From NCBI GenBank assembly GCA_051382295.1, contig JBBCAW010000018.1, positions 1-64,000 of the forward strand: a DNA stretch of 64,000 nt, written 5' to 3'. Positions 1 to 8,884 of the stretch are shown here, piece after piece (positions within the stretch are counted from its first letter, which is position 1; each line of letters starts with the position of its first letter). This DNA comes from Bdellovibrionota bacterium FG-1. Lineage in GTDB: Bacteria; Bdellovibrionota; UBA1018. The notes below the pieces were generated by a model. That model had not been told where the DNA came from and did no database searches. It saw only the letters and a program-made list of their open reading frames with translations. Both the position numbers and the translations under genes were made by a program.

Positions 1-75
1 GTTAGGGGGTAGTAAACGTCTTGCCGCGTAGCGCAGTTAAGCCGCTTTACGCGGTCCGAACGCCACCTCGGGCCA

Positions 76-127
76 GTGGCCGGTTTTCAGGTGGCCACGA
101 CTGGCCGGTTTTGGGTGGCCGCCGGGG
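76..127. mobile_element. Probable terminus of an IS21-family insertion sequence
   Basis: Tandem imperfect repeats GTGGCCGGTTTTCAGGTGGCCAC / CTGGCCGGTTTTGGGTGGCCGCCGGG resemble the multiple transposase-binding repeats at IS21-type ends. They abut a kinase reading frame that starts mid-domain. Confidence 0.55.
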
Positions 128-1204
128 CTCCTTAGGGACGCTATTGTTGATCCGCAGAGTCTTGAGCGATTAAAGATCATTCAAAACTGCGGCAATACCT
201 TGCTGGATGTCATAGCGGATGTGCTGGATTTTTCGAAGCTAGAGGTCGATAAAGTGGTCTTTGAGATTGAATCCTTCGCGCTTCATTCGACGATAGACGA
301 ATTGGTTCAACTTCTGAGTCCGCAAGCTTCCCAAAAAGGTCTTACGCTCAGCTATCGCAGGACCGCGGGCGTTCTGGAATGGGTGATGGGTGATATTACG
401 CGCTTCAGGCAAATTCTTATGAATCTAGTCGCAAATGCTCTCAAGTTTACCGAGACCGGGAGTATTGAGATTTTCGCGCAATCCGAAAAACTGGAAAATC
501 GGAAAATGAAAATTCAAATTTCGGTGAGAGATACGGGGATCGGAATTCCTGAACGGTTGATGAATAGCCTTTTTGTTTCGTTTTCCCAGGTTGATGCCTC
601 TACCACGCGCAGATTCGGCGGATCAGGATTGGGTCTGGCAATCAGCAAGGGGCTTTGTGAAGAAATGGGGGGATCAATCTGGGGGGAGAGTGTAGTCGGT
701 CAGGGGTCTGTTTTTTCTTTTACGGTCATCGTCGCGGAAGCGGTGGCTCTGAGAGCGGAAGAAATTATTCATTCGGTCTGGACTTTTGATCATGAGATGG
801 GAAAGCAATATCCACTTCGTATTTTAGTGGCCGAGGATAATCGGGGCAATCAACTTGTGGCAGTCGGATTTTTGGATAGGCTTGGCTATCAAGCTGACAT
901 CGCCGCCAATGGCGTAGAAGTCTTGGAGTGTTTGCAGCGTCGATCTTACGATCTTATTTTGATGGATTGCCACATGCCGCAATTAGATGGCTTTATGGCA
1001 ACCCAACGGATTGTTGAAAAATATGGCAAATGGGAGCGTCCCCGCATCGTCGCGCTTTCAGCTAGTTCCATGAAAGAAGATATCGATCATTGTTTTGCGA
1101 GCGGGATGGATGGCTTTATGGAAAAGCCCATTACCGTTGAGTCCTTGGTAAGAGTTTTGAAGGAGTGTAGGCCCCACGTACTTATTAAGAAGACGGGGAG
1201 TTGA
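128..1204 (+). pseudogene. Hybrid sensor histidine kinase (end of HisKA, HATPase_c, REC), 5'-truncated
   Basis: In-frame translation from 128 gives LLRDAIVDPQSLERLKIIQNCGNTLLDVIADVLDFSKLE (second HisKA helix). N/G1/F/G2 boxes (NALKFT, DTGIGI, GGSGLGL) and a REC domain (LILMDCHMP) follow. The phospho-His H-box is absent, and in-frame stops lie upstream at 29 and 38. Confidence 0.75.
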
Positions 1205-1207
1205 TCG

Positions 1208-1597
1208 GTGATCGAAATAATATCTTCGCCATCAGCTTTTGATCGGGATGTGTTTGAGGCCAATTTCGTCGGGATGGAGGACTTGGCGCTGGAGGCGATC
1301 ATGGACTTCCTCGATGTTTTTCCTCAGCTCGTAGCTGCAATTGATGTAGCGATGATCATCAAGGCGCCCGTCGATCTTGAACTGGCCGCTCATACCTTGA
1401 AAGGGGCGCTTGCCATTTTTTACGCCGAACCAGCAAGGCTCCTTGCCTGGAGACTGGAGCAAATGGGGTGCGGGGTAATTTTGGATGACGAACGAAAAAC
1501 ATTGAATGAACTGAGTTCTGAACTGGCAAGACTGTCGAACAAACTTCAAGAATGGGCAAATACAAAGAAGGTCAAGTGCACCCCAGCCCGATTCTAA
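1208..1597 (+). CDS. Hpt (histidine phosphotransfer) protein
   Basis: AAHTLKGA motif; directly follows the hybrid kinase. Confidence 0.85.
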   Translation: MIEIISSPSAFDRDVFEANFVGMEDLALEAIMDFLDVFPQLVAAIDVAMIIKAPVDLELAAHTLKGALAIFYAEPARLLAWRLEQMGCGVILDDERKTLNELSSELARLSNKLQEWANTKKVKCTPARF

Positions 1598-2214
1598 TTG
1601 TCGATGATAGCGAATTTGAGCGCGGACTTTTGGTCAAGGTTCTTGCGCGGAAAGGCTTCAGGACCATCGAAGCGAGCAGTGGCGCGCAATGCCTCGAAAT
1701 TATCGCGACCACCGCCGTGGGGCTTATTCTTTTGGACATTATGATGCCTGGCTCCTCTGGGGCGCAGGTGCTCAGCAAGGTTCGAGAAAAGTTCAGCCCG
1801 ATCGAGCTTCCGATTATCATGATCACGGCCAAAGCGGACGTTTCCGATATCGTGGGATCACTTCAAAGCGGTGCCAACGACTATATTACAAAGCCGATCC
1901 ATTTCGAAATTGCGGCATGTCGAATTTCTACCCATTTAAAACTCGTTGAGTTGTCTTACGAAATGGCAAGACTCAAACAGAGGACTGCTTTGGATGCGAT
2001 GGTCGCCACGTATAGCCATGAAATCAACAATCCATTGGCCATTGCCATGGGTTATTTGGACATTCCAGATTGGGGTGAGGTTTCAAATGGAGAAAAAATA
2101 AGGGCCGCATTGTGGCGAATCGCGGATATTGTAAAAAAAATTGGAGAGGTCACTCAGAAAAAGGAGGTGGAGTACCAGGGGTATGGAGGCGTCAGTAAAA
2201 CTATCAAGTATTAA
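1552..2214 (+). CDS. Response regulator (REC plus HisKA-like helix, no ATPase domain)
   Basis: ILIVDD...LLDIMMP...MITA...DYITKP; C-terminal SHEINNPL. Confidence 0.85.
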   Translation: MGKYKEGQVHPSPILIVDDSEFERGLLVKVLARKGFRTIEASSGAQCLEIIATTAVGLILLDIMMPGSSGAQVLSKVREKFSPIELPIIMITAKADVSDIVGSLQSGANDYITKPIHFEIAACRISTHLKLVELSYEMARLKQRTALDAMVATYSHEINNPLAIAMGYLDIPDWGEVSNGEKIRAALWRIADIVKKIGEVTQKKEVEYQGYGGVSKTIKY

Positions 2215-2317
2215 CGGCCCTATTAGAATGCCGCGAGTTGTCGCCTTACAAGTCATCAACATTGAGGTGGGACAGTTATAAAAATCCACGCTAATATGTA
2301 GATAGGAGGCCTAGTCT

Positions 2318-2806
2318 ATGACCGACAAGCCAACTGTTATCCCCAAGCCTGGTTCTTGTGCGACTTGCGGTCGGGATAATGGGTCAAATTCCGGGCCCAA
2401 ACTACTCTTCGAGTGGCGCCCGGAATTCAATATCGGCATCTCATCCGTGGATGAACAGCATCAGAAGATCGCGAATCTAGCCAACCTCATCCATATCAGT
2501 CTAAGGACGGGTATGCGTCGTCCCAACTTCATAATCGATCTGATTTCTGAAATGGACGATTACATTAAGGAACATTTTTCCGATGAGGAACGATTGATGC
2601 GCGAGATGAATTATCCCGGTTTGGCCGAACAGCAGAAAGAACATCACGAGTTCATCAAGAAAACGCGAGAAGCTCATGAGGAGTTTAGTAATAGCGTTTT
2701 TGACGTCAAGGGGCTGCTGAATTTTATTGTTAAATGGTTTATCGATCATATTCAGGGTACCGATCGGGACTTCGCCACCTGGGCACAAAAACACAACAAG
2801 CCCTAA
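2318..2806 (+). CDS. Bacteriohemerythrin
   Basis: FEW...IGISSVDEQH, EHFSDEE, YP...EH, W..HIQGTD di-iron ligand pattern; GGAGG RBS. Confidence 0.9.
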   Translation: MTDKPTVIPKPGSCATCGRDNGSNSGPKLLFEWRPEFNIGISSVDEQHQKIANLANLIHISLRTGMRRPNFIIDLISEMDDYIKEHFSDEERLMREMNYPGLAEQQKEHHEFIKKTREAHEEFSNSVFDVKGLLNFIVKWFIDHIQGTDRDFATWAQKHNKP

Positions 2807-2822
2807 TTGCCCGGTGGAGCAG

Positions 2823-3287
2823 TTAGCAATTGGCGAAAGCCAATTCGAGGGTCACCAGCGAGCTCGCCTTCACCGAAACCGACAGAGGGCTGTCTTTCGC
2901 GAAGAGGATCGGCTGCAAGCGTTTACCCGATAAAGTGAGGAGCCAGGCGTGGGTGGGCCGCAGAGGCGTGTGTAAAACCGCACAAAGATCGCGTGACGTC
3001 GGATTGTAGAAGCGGACTTTGGAAGTGCCGTTCTCTTTATTCTCTTCGACGAGGCTCAAAACCATCTCGGCAGGCTCGATCGTGAATGAGCGGGTGCTGA
3101 CCAGAGGTTTGGCTTCTGCTGGGGGCGTGATGATCGGCACTGGCGCGGCCTTCGTTTCGATCACCCGGGCATGCACGGGCGCATCGGGAATAAAGTCGCG
3201 GGGATTGAATTTGGCGGTGAGCTCCTCGTCAAAAACCGAGAGGTCCGCTTTGATTCGATTCTTTCTTATCTTTTTTTCTGGAATCAT
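2823..3287 (-). CDS. Hypothetical protein downstream of the ParA gene (possible partner)
   Basis: 154 aa ORF with AGGAG RBS, 18 bp after the ParA stop, basic N-terminus. Confidence 0.6.
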   Translation of the reverse strand: MIPEKKIRKNRIKADLSVFDEELTAKFNPRDFIPDAPVHARVIETKAAPVPIITPPAEAKPLVSTRSFTIEPAEMVLSLVEENKENGTSKVRFYNPTSRDLCAVLHTPLRPTHAWLLTLSGKRLQPILFAKDSPLSVSVKASSLVTLELAFANC

Positions 3288-3305
3288 CCTGATTCTCCTG
3301 TTTTT

Positions 3306-4184
3306 TTAAAGGGTCAATTCGAGGGCGGCAAATGTTGGTAATGGCGAGAAGGCTTGCTGTTTCTCTTTCAGGGAGGTGATTCGAGCCAGGAGGTCCGTAG
3401 AAAGCTTTTGATAGTCTTCTCGGGCTTTACACTTAGGAAAGGCTTCCGAGATCAGCTTGCGCTTGACCTGGGCGGTCTTGATCTTCGAGTCCACTCGGAT
3501 CGGATCGAACACTATTCCGCCACTCATCAGATCGGCATCCGCCATCCGTTGCAGGTCATCGAGGATGGTCATGTCCAGATTTCTACGTTGGTCATACATG
3601 GTCGGCACGACTCCGAGAACTTTGCAGGGGGTCAAGTTCTTGGCGTGAAAATGATTGCGCAGGTTTTCGAGAAAAAACATCGTGTTTTTGACGCCGACCA
3701 CCGAAAGAAGATCGGTCGTGCAGGGGATCAGGCAATAATCGGCATACATGGCGATGTTCGCGGAGATCAGCGAAAGCGCGGGCGGCGAGTCGATGATGAC
3801 GTAATCGTAGTCACCGTCGAAAGGCTTCATTTGTCGGCTGAGCATGAGTTCGCAGTCAGGGGAGTTGGCGTGGGTCTTTTCGAAGTCACGCATCATTCGG
3901 CCGCCCGATAGAATGACGTCAATCTGGGGTCTGACGGCAATCTTGACCTTTGAAGGATGTACGTTTTCCAGCAGAATCGAAGCAATTCCTCGCTCCCCAT
4001 CCGTGGATTTAATGCCGAAGAGCGTCTTGACATTCGCCTGCTCATCGCAGTCGAGGATCAAAACTTTGACATTGGGCTGATCCGCCGCGAGGCTATCCGC
4101 GAGCGCCACGGCGGTGGTGGTTTTGGCAACCCCGCCCTTATGGCAAAGCACAGCAATAATCGTCGGTTTTTTGGGTGTATTCAT
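3306..4184 (-). CDS. ParA/Soj/MinD-family ATPase
   Basis: Deviant Walker A HKGGVAKTTT, LILDCDEQAN, YVIIDSPP; start placed at MNTPKK behind AAGGAGG RBS. Confidence 0.9.
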   Translation of the reverse strand: MNTPKKPTIIAVLCHKGGVAKTTTAVALADSLAADQPNVKVLILDCDEQANVKTLFGIKSTDGERGIASILLENVHPSKVKIAVRPQIDVILSGGRMMRDFEKTHANSPDCELMLSRQMKPFDGDYDYVIIDSPPALSLISANIAMYADYCLIPCTTDLLSVVGVKNTMFFLENLRNHFHAKNLTPCKVLGVVPTMYDQRRNLDMTILDDLQRMADADLMSGGIVFDPIRVDSKIKTAQVKRKLISEAFPKCKAREDYQKLSTDLLARITSLKEKQQAFSPLPTFAALELTL

Positions 4185-4362
4185 TCCGCCTCCTTGCGTA
4201 ATAAACTGATCGACAAAATTGTATCGTCGGTAAAATTTTCCTACAAGGGAAAAAGTACAGAAAGGTTTCCGCGACCGGGATTCTAATGACCTCCCCAGGA
4301 AACCGATTAGTTCATGCAAATGATTGCAGAAATTCAAACGTCGCGATTAGATACAAAGTAGG

Positions 4363-5346
4363 GTGAAAAAGGCGTACACAAAATCACTATTACTGAGCAT
4401 TTTGGCATTGACCTTCGTGTCGATCGTAGTAGCGATCTATTCCCGATTTTATTCTAAATCCCTATCGACTTTGCAGACCCATTTGCCAAATGCGGCAGAA
4501 ATTATTTTACTAGTTGATCAATCGGGATCGATGAATCTATACGATCCCAGATTTGCGGCAAAAACTTATTTAGTTACCTTTGTTAAATCGTTTGAAAAAC
4601 CGCACCGTATTGTGCTGGCTGGTTTTGACGAAACAATTCGCGTTTATTTGGATCGTGTCGTTACTCACGATTCTAATGCGGACGCTCTTCTTAATGAGCT
4701 TGATGCGGTCCCTCTTGGTTATGTTACCGACCTTGAGAAACCTTTTGAATATTTGCTGGGGCGTACTGACCTGCAAACAGTGCAGATGGTGCTGTTGGTT
4801 ACAGATGGACAGCCCGAAATTTGGGACTCAAAACTTCAGCATCTGAGCAACACGGTTAAAGCCGATTCCAGGTACCAGGATTTGAATACTCAAAACCGTT
4901 CACTCCAAGAGTCCGGCTTATCAGCGCAGGAGCGCTATACAAAATTAGGGCAGTCTTATCAGAAACGGAACTTAGAGTTTATCGATGCCCGGGTAGCTAG
5001 TCTGAAAAAGACTCTCGGCCAAAAATTTATGATCTGGGATATTTCCGGAAATTCAGAATACCTACGCCGTTGGTCTGAGATGGCCGGGGCCACATATGTG
5101 CCGATTGCCGTAGATTCAGGTCGGCCCGAGTTTCAAAGTGCGCTGGCCAGCGCCATTCGCGTGCTACAGCAAAAAACTGGCGTCATTATCAAAGAGACGA
5201 TTTCTAAGGTGGACAAAGAAGAGTTTCAGGCGATCGACAAATATTTTTCTGATTTTGCGCGCGAGGAAAAAGTCTTGGTAGAAAAAGACATTAAGAAATT
5301 TTTGGAACAGCGGATTGCCGGGGTCTTCAAAACTATCGATAAATGA
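4363..5346 (+). CDS. Membrane-anchored vWA-domain protein
   Basis: N-terminal TM helix; MIDAS motif LLVDQSGS; LLVTDG. Confidence 0.75.
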   Translation: MKKAYTKSLLLSILALTFVSIVVAIYSRFYSKSLSTLQTHLPNAAEIILLVDQSGSMNLYDPRFAAKTYLVTFVKSFEKPHRIVLAGFDETIRVYLDRVVTHDSNADALLNELDAVPLGYVTDLEKPFEYLLGRTDLQTVQMVLLVTDGQPEIWDSKLQHLSNTVKADSRYQDLNTQNRSLQESGLSAQERYTKLGQSYQKRNLEFIDARVASLKKTLGQKFMIWDISGNSEYLRRWSEMAGATYVPIAVDSGRPEFQSALASAIRVLQQKTGVIIKETISKVDKEEFQAIDKYFSDFAREEKVLVEKDIKKFLEQRIAGVFKTIDK

Positions 5347-5405
5347 TTTGTTGCTTTACTATCTCGTGCGCTTCTTGTCTTTTTGGGGATGATCAGACAT
5401 CCCCG

Positions 5406-5756
5406 TCAATAGACTAACGCCACCGGCCATTCGATAACGTGACCAGGTCTTGGGCAAAGAGCCTGCTCCGCCCAACGCCTACGAAACTCGGCCAAGTATG
5501 CAGCTTCACGAGCTTGAGGCAGACGCACCACGACGACCGCCAATTCTGGAAAACGTTCGAGTGCTCGGCCCGCCGACTCACCGAAAAGACGGTCACGGGT
5601 TAGCAGAGCGCGAAAGCCAGCACCGAAGGCGGCCTCGGCAAGCTTGCCATTACCCAGATCGCGCCAGCCGCGATAAGCTGTCGTCTCAGCTTGAATGCCA
5701 TATTCGTGCAAAAGGCCTAACAGTCCATTAGGTAGGTTGACGTCAAGCAGCCACAT
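5406..5756 (-). CDS. DUF5615 PIN-like toxin
   Basis: MWLLDVNLP...LLTRDRLF; start overlaps the end of the DUF433 gene. Confidence 0.75.
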   Translation of the reverse strand: MWLLDVNLPNGLLGLLHEYGIQAETTAYRGWRDLGNGKLAEAAFGAGFRALLTRDRLFGESAGRALERFPELAVVVVRLPQAREAAYLAEFRRRWAEQALCPRPGHVIEWPVALVY

Positions 5757-6033
5757 CGGGCCGATCCGTAACTGCTGAAGCATAGCGCAAAACCTCGGGG
5801 AGGCTCTCGCGCGGAAACTCAGAGTACTCGCGGACAATGTCATCGTAACTCATGCCCTCGGCTAGGCAGCTCAGCATGAAAGACACCGTAAAACGCGTAC
5901 CCAAAATGGTCGGCTTGCCGCCAAACCGATCGGCGCTGCGCACGATCCAGGTGTAACCAGGTAGAGTTGACTCCGATTTTGAATTTTCAGGGCACATATC
6001 GACACAGTAGCGCAAATGCCCAATTTTGGTCAA
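5743..6033 (-). CDS. DUF433 antitoxin
   Basis: GGKPTILGTRFTV...L..GMSYDDIVREY signature. Confidence 0.85.
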   Translation of the reverse strand: MTKIGHLRYCVDMCPENSKSESTLPGYTWIVRSADRFGGKPTILGTRFTVSFMLSCLAEGMSYDDIVREYSEFPRESLPEVLRYASAVTDRPDVAA

Positions 6034-6222
6034 TGAGGAGAAGATCCGGAAAATGGCAGACTAAACTGGACGAGTTTAGAGTCCAATGCTGTGAGTCGAT
6101 AGGGGCGTAGGAGCTCTCCATCTAAATAAAAACCTTGGGAGACACTTTGAACCGCATCGTAGTCGGTGTGATCCAAAACGTGGGTGACTTCGACTTTTTA
6201 ACTCGCGGCGAAGAGTTGCATC

Positions 6223-6345
6223 AACTGCCTCTGCGCGGCAGTAAACAGGTTTGAACGAGTGGTGAACGGGGTTTTCTGCCGCCTGGCGGCAGTAGATGCG
6301 GTTCAGTAGGGGGGTGAACGTCACGAACTGCCTCTGCGCGGCAGT
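6223..6345. repeat. Three 20-bp palindromic units at 51-52 bp period
   Basis: AACTGCCTCTGCGCGGCAGT at 6223-6242 and 6326-6345 (identical); TTCTGCCGCCTGGCGGCAGT at 6274-6293. Confidence 0.8.
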
Positions 6346-6582
6346 TGAACCCATTGGCTCAAAGAAAATGAGCACCGACGTCGGGGTTGTTCAACATGAT
6401 TTAAACTGGTCCCCCAGCCTAGGAAGACTGAGTAAAGCAGTAGGACGAAATCGTGAAAAAACGCCCCGGGATTTGAAATTTCACGATGCCGGCGTCTTTA
6501 AGGTCATTCAGCTCAGAAAAAAGACAAACCGCTGCCTGAAGTACAGGCTCCTAATGGTGGGGATCGAACCTTGAATCCTCCA

Positions 6583-7557
6583 CTAGGTGCTCGGAAATTC
6601 GGTGAGCACCGTGTTGTGATAGTAAACGTAGATGGCGATGTGCGCCGCAAGCCGGTCTTTTCGCTTGGTGGTGCACCAAGTTCTCCGAAACAGTCGGTTG
6701 ATGTTCGCGCGAAGCATCGCAGCCGTGTGATTGAACGAAAATAACGGGTCAAAACCGGTCTTTTTGAGTTCCCCCTGACCCACGATACAGCCACGAGAAC
6801 CCTTAATGGTCTTGTGGCTGATTGTTTTTGGAAGCGATTTCTTGATCCAATTTGGATACTTCGGATTTTGATCCGAAGTGATTTCCGCTTGAGGATCGAG
6901 GACTTTTGCGATTTCCACGAAAAGTGACGCGGCCGCAGCCGGGCGGCCATCCTGACGAGGACCGTACTTTTTTAACGATTTTTCAACCAACATTCCTTTG
7001 CTCGGCATTTCACAGACACGAAAGCCGAGAATCTTTCGACTTTTTGTCTCCACCACGAGCGGAACACTCAGCGGCAGGCATTTGGATTTCTCAAAGGTCT
7101 CCATTTCATCAAATTGCGCCGCCTTGATCTTGCTTTCGCCCTGAGTAATCGACTCCATAAATTCTTGATGAAATAAACTGGCCTGCTGAGCCCAAAACAG
7201 AAACTTCCGAACCAGGGTTTTTCGATTAATTCCAAGCAGTCTGGCAGTTCTGCGTTGAGACACTCCTGAAGCCAGAAGTTTCATCACTTGGTGATTGATC
7301 GCTCTTTTTTTCTGCCTAAAGCACGCGGTCAATCGAGACGAAGAAAAAGACCTTTTGCACCTCAGGCATACAAAAACCGGGACTCGCCTGGAGTCGGAGG
7401 TTCTGAAATAATACCCTTTACGCTTAAACCCGTCCGAATTCCGGACTGTGGTGTCGGTTTTCGGACTTGGGTCTGCAACCGCCGCAGAAGCGGTGAAAGA
7501 CGGGCATTCGATATAGGGGCATTTGAGGGCTAAACCAGCTGAAATTTGTTTGTTCAT
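6583..7557 (-). mobile_element. IS1-like DDE transposase (Zn finger, HTH, DDE)
   Basis: CPYIEC...CLRCKRSFS Zn finger; SGVSQRRTARLLGINRKT HTH; QFDEMETF, TSD, RLFRRTWCTTK...YHN. Terminal inverted repeats not identified. Confidence 0.75.
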
Positions 7558-7643
7558 CACTCGGGTATTAAACAAAACCCGTGCCGTTACCGAGGCTTCT
7601 GCTCACGGCCTCATCCCTCAGACCTAGGCTGGGGGACCAGTTT

Positions 7644-7814
7644 TTACCCAGTCGCTTTGGCGGCCTCGTGATAGCCTTCCATGAAAGCGTCTTTCATGTT
7701 GGCAGTTGCATCTGCCAATTTATCGCAGAGCTCCTCAGCCAGATTGGTCTTGCGGAGCACGTAAATTCCGCCGACGACGACGACCGCACCTATGATGACC
7801 GTAAAAGTATTCAT
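7644..7814 (-). CDS. Small single-TM magnetosome-cluster protein (possibly Mad31-like)
   Basis: 56 aa MNTFTVIIGAVVVVGGIYVLRK...KDAFMEGY with GAGGAG RBS; divergent from the mam operon. Family name is from recollection only. Confidence 0.45.
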   Translation of the reverse strand: MNTFTVIIGAVVVVGGIYVLRKTNLAEELCDKLADATANMKDAFMEGYHEAAKATG

Positions 7815-7948
7815 ATTGATCTCCTCCTCAAGGTTCCCATGAGGGGGGAGAACGGTCAAATCTAAATCACTGCAAAACAGGCCGCTTTTTCCTGGTGCAG
7901 GTTTTTGTTTTATTTTCTCGTTTAGTTTCACATAGTTAACTGGTATAA

Positions 7949-7960
7949 CCCCCCCCCCCC
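7949..7960 (+). repeat. C12 homopolymer in the divergent promoter region of the mam operon
   Basis: Run of 12 C beginning at the last base of TGGTATAAC (extended -10-like) in an otherwise AT-rich intergenic region. Confidence 0.85.
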
Positions 7961-8081
7961 GTTGGAGAGTGTGGTGCAGAGCGTTTTTGCAAGGTGTTTT
8001 TTTTCGAATAAACAAAATAAATGTCATTAAAGAAAAAGATCGACCGATATATCCTTAAGTAGTCACATCTAATCTTTGTTT

Positions 8082-8672
8082 ATGAAAAAAAATCTGAAGC
8101 AACCTCTATGCTGTTGGCCTCGTTTTCTTAGCTCTCTCCGAAGGGCGCTAGTGATCGGGGCCCTTCTGCAGTTCCCCGGTTTCGTTTGGGCGGGATCTCC
8201 TCATGATTGTATTTGTCCTCATGATGAAACCCTCCTTGCGAATCCAGGCACGCAGAGTTGCGGCCAAATTAAATGCCCCGCCTGTGGGCATCTGATGGGA
8301 CGGGCGCTCTATATTGGAGGAAGGCCGCAGACGGTATTGGCTGCGCAGACCCTTCCTGGCGCCCCGATTGACCCAGCTGCGGCGCAGCCGCCACATCCGG
8401 CCATTGTTTGGGCTGCGGCCACTGCGCCTCTGTCGCCTGCGGGTGCACCCGGTGTTACCTATACCAACACCGTTGCGGGCATTGTTGAGGTGAACTGCGC
8501 GCGTTGCCACAATGGCCCTCTGCGAAATCTGGCGACTTATGAAAATTTGAAAGTCTATGTCGATAACGGCCTTCTTGCCGCCTTGGTGCGACCCGGCGGG
8601 CCCATGAATCGTTTTGCCGATAAAGAAGCGAATGTGATTATGGAATGGACTAAGAATGGAGCTCCCAAGTGA
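8082..8672 (+). CDS. Exported Cys-rich / c-type cytochrome magnetosome-cluster protein (Mad1-like by position)
   Basis: Signal-like N-terminus; CICP...C...CPACG..M Cys cluster; C-terminal CARCH heme motif; first gene of the operon. Confidence 0.55.
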   Translation: MKKNLKQPLCCWPRFLSSLRRALVIGALLQFPGFVWAGSPHDCICPHDETLLANPGTQSCGQIKCPACGHLMGRALYIGGRPQTVLAAQTLPGAPIDPAAAQPPHPAIVWAAATAPLSPAGAPGVTYTNTVAGIVEVNCARCHNGPLRNLATYENLKVYVDNGLLAALVRPGGPMNRFADKEANVIMEWTKNGAPK

Positions 8673-8881
8673 AAATGGATATCCTAGGCAACTTGACCGG
8701 AATGACAATGAGGCAAAAGGCGCATCTTGCGATTGGGGTGGTCGCCTTGGTCTTGGGTATTTATGGGGTTTATGATGAGTATTTTAATGTGATCGATTTT
8801 TTGAAGGGCGCCTCGCCGCTGATTTTCATTGCGGTCGGGTTAGTGGCGCTCGTGGCTGGTTTAACCAAGAAGATACGCTGA
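8669..8881 (+). CDS. mamI: Magnetosome protein MamI-like (copy 1)
   Basis: 70 aa, two TMs, V..FLKG..P...GL.AL.AG pattern; upstream of mamA. Confidence 0.7.
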   Translation: MKMDILGNLTGMTMRQKAHLAIGVVALVLGIYGVYDEYFNVIDFLKGASPLIFIAVGLVALVAGLTKKIR

Positions 8882-8884
8882 ACT

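Noticed and set aside
6223..6350. Bona fide CRISPR array
   Set aside because: Only three units, 20-bp core, middle unit divergent, intervening sequences share a motif, no cas genes; kept only as an unexplained repeat
6545..6575. tRNA-like GGTTCGATCCCC on the minus strand (possible att site)
   Set aside because: Flanks do not form a T-stem or acceptor stem; no cloverleaf
7815..8081. Fur box upstream of the mam operon
   Set aside because: No convincing GATAATGATAATCATTATC-like match found by eye
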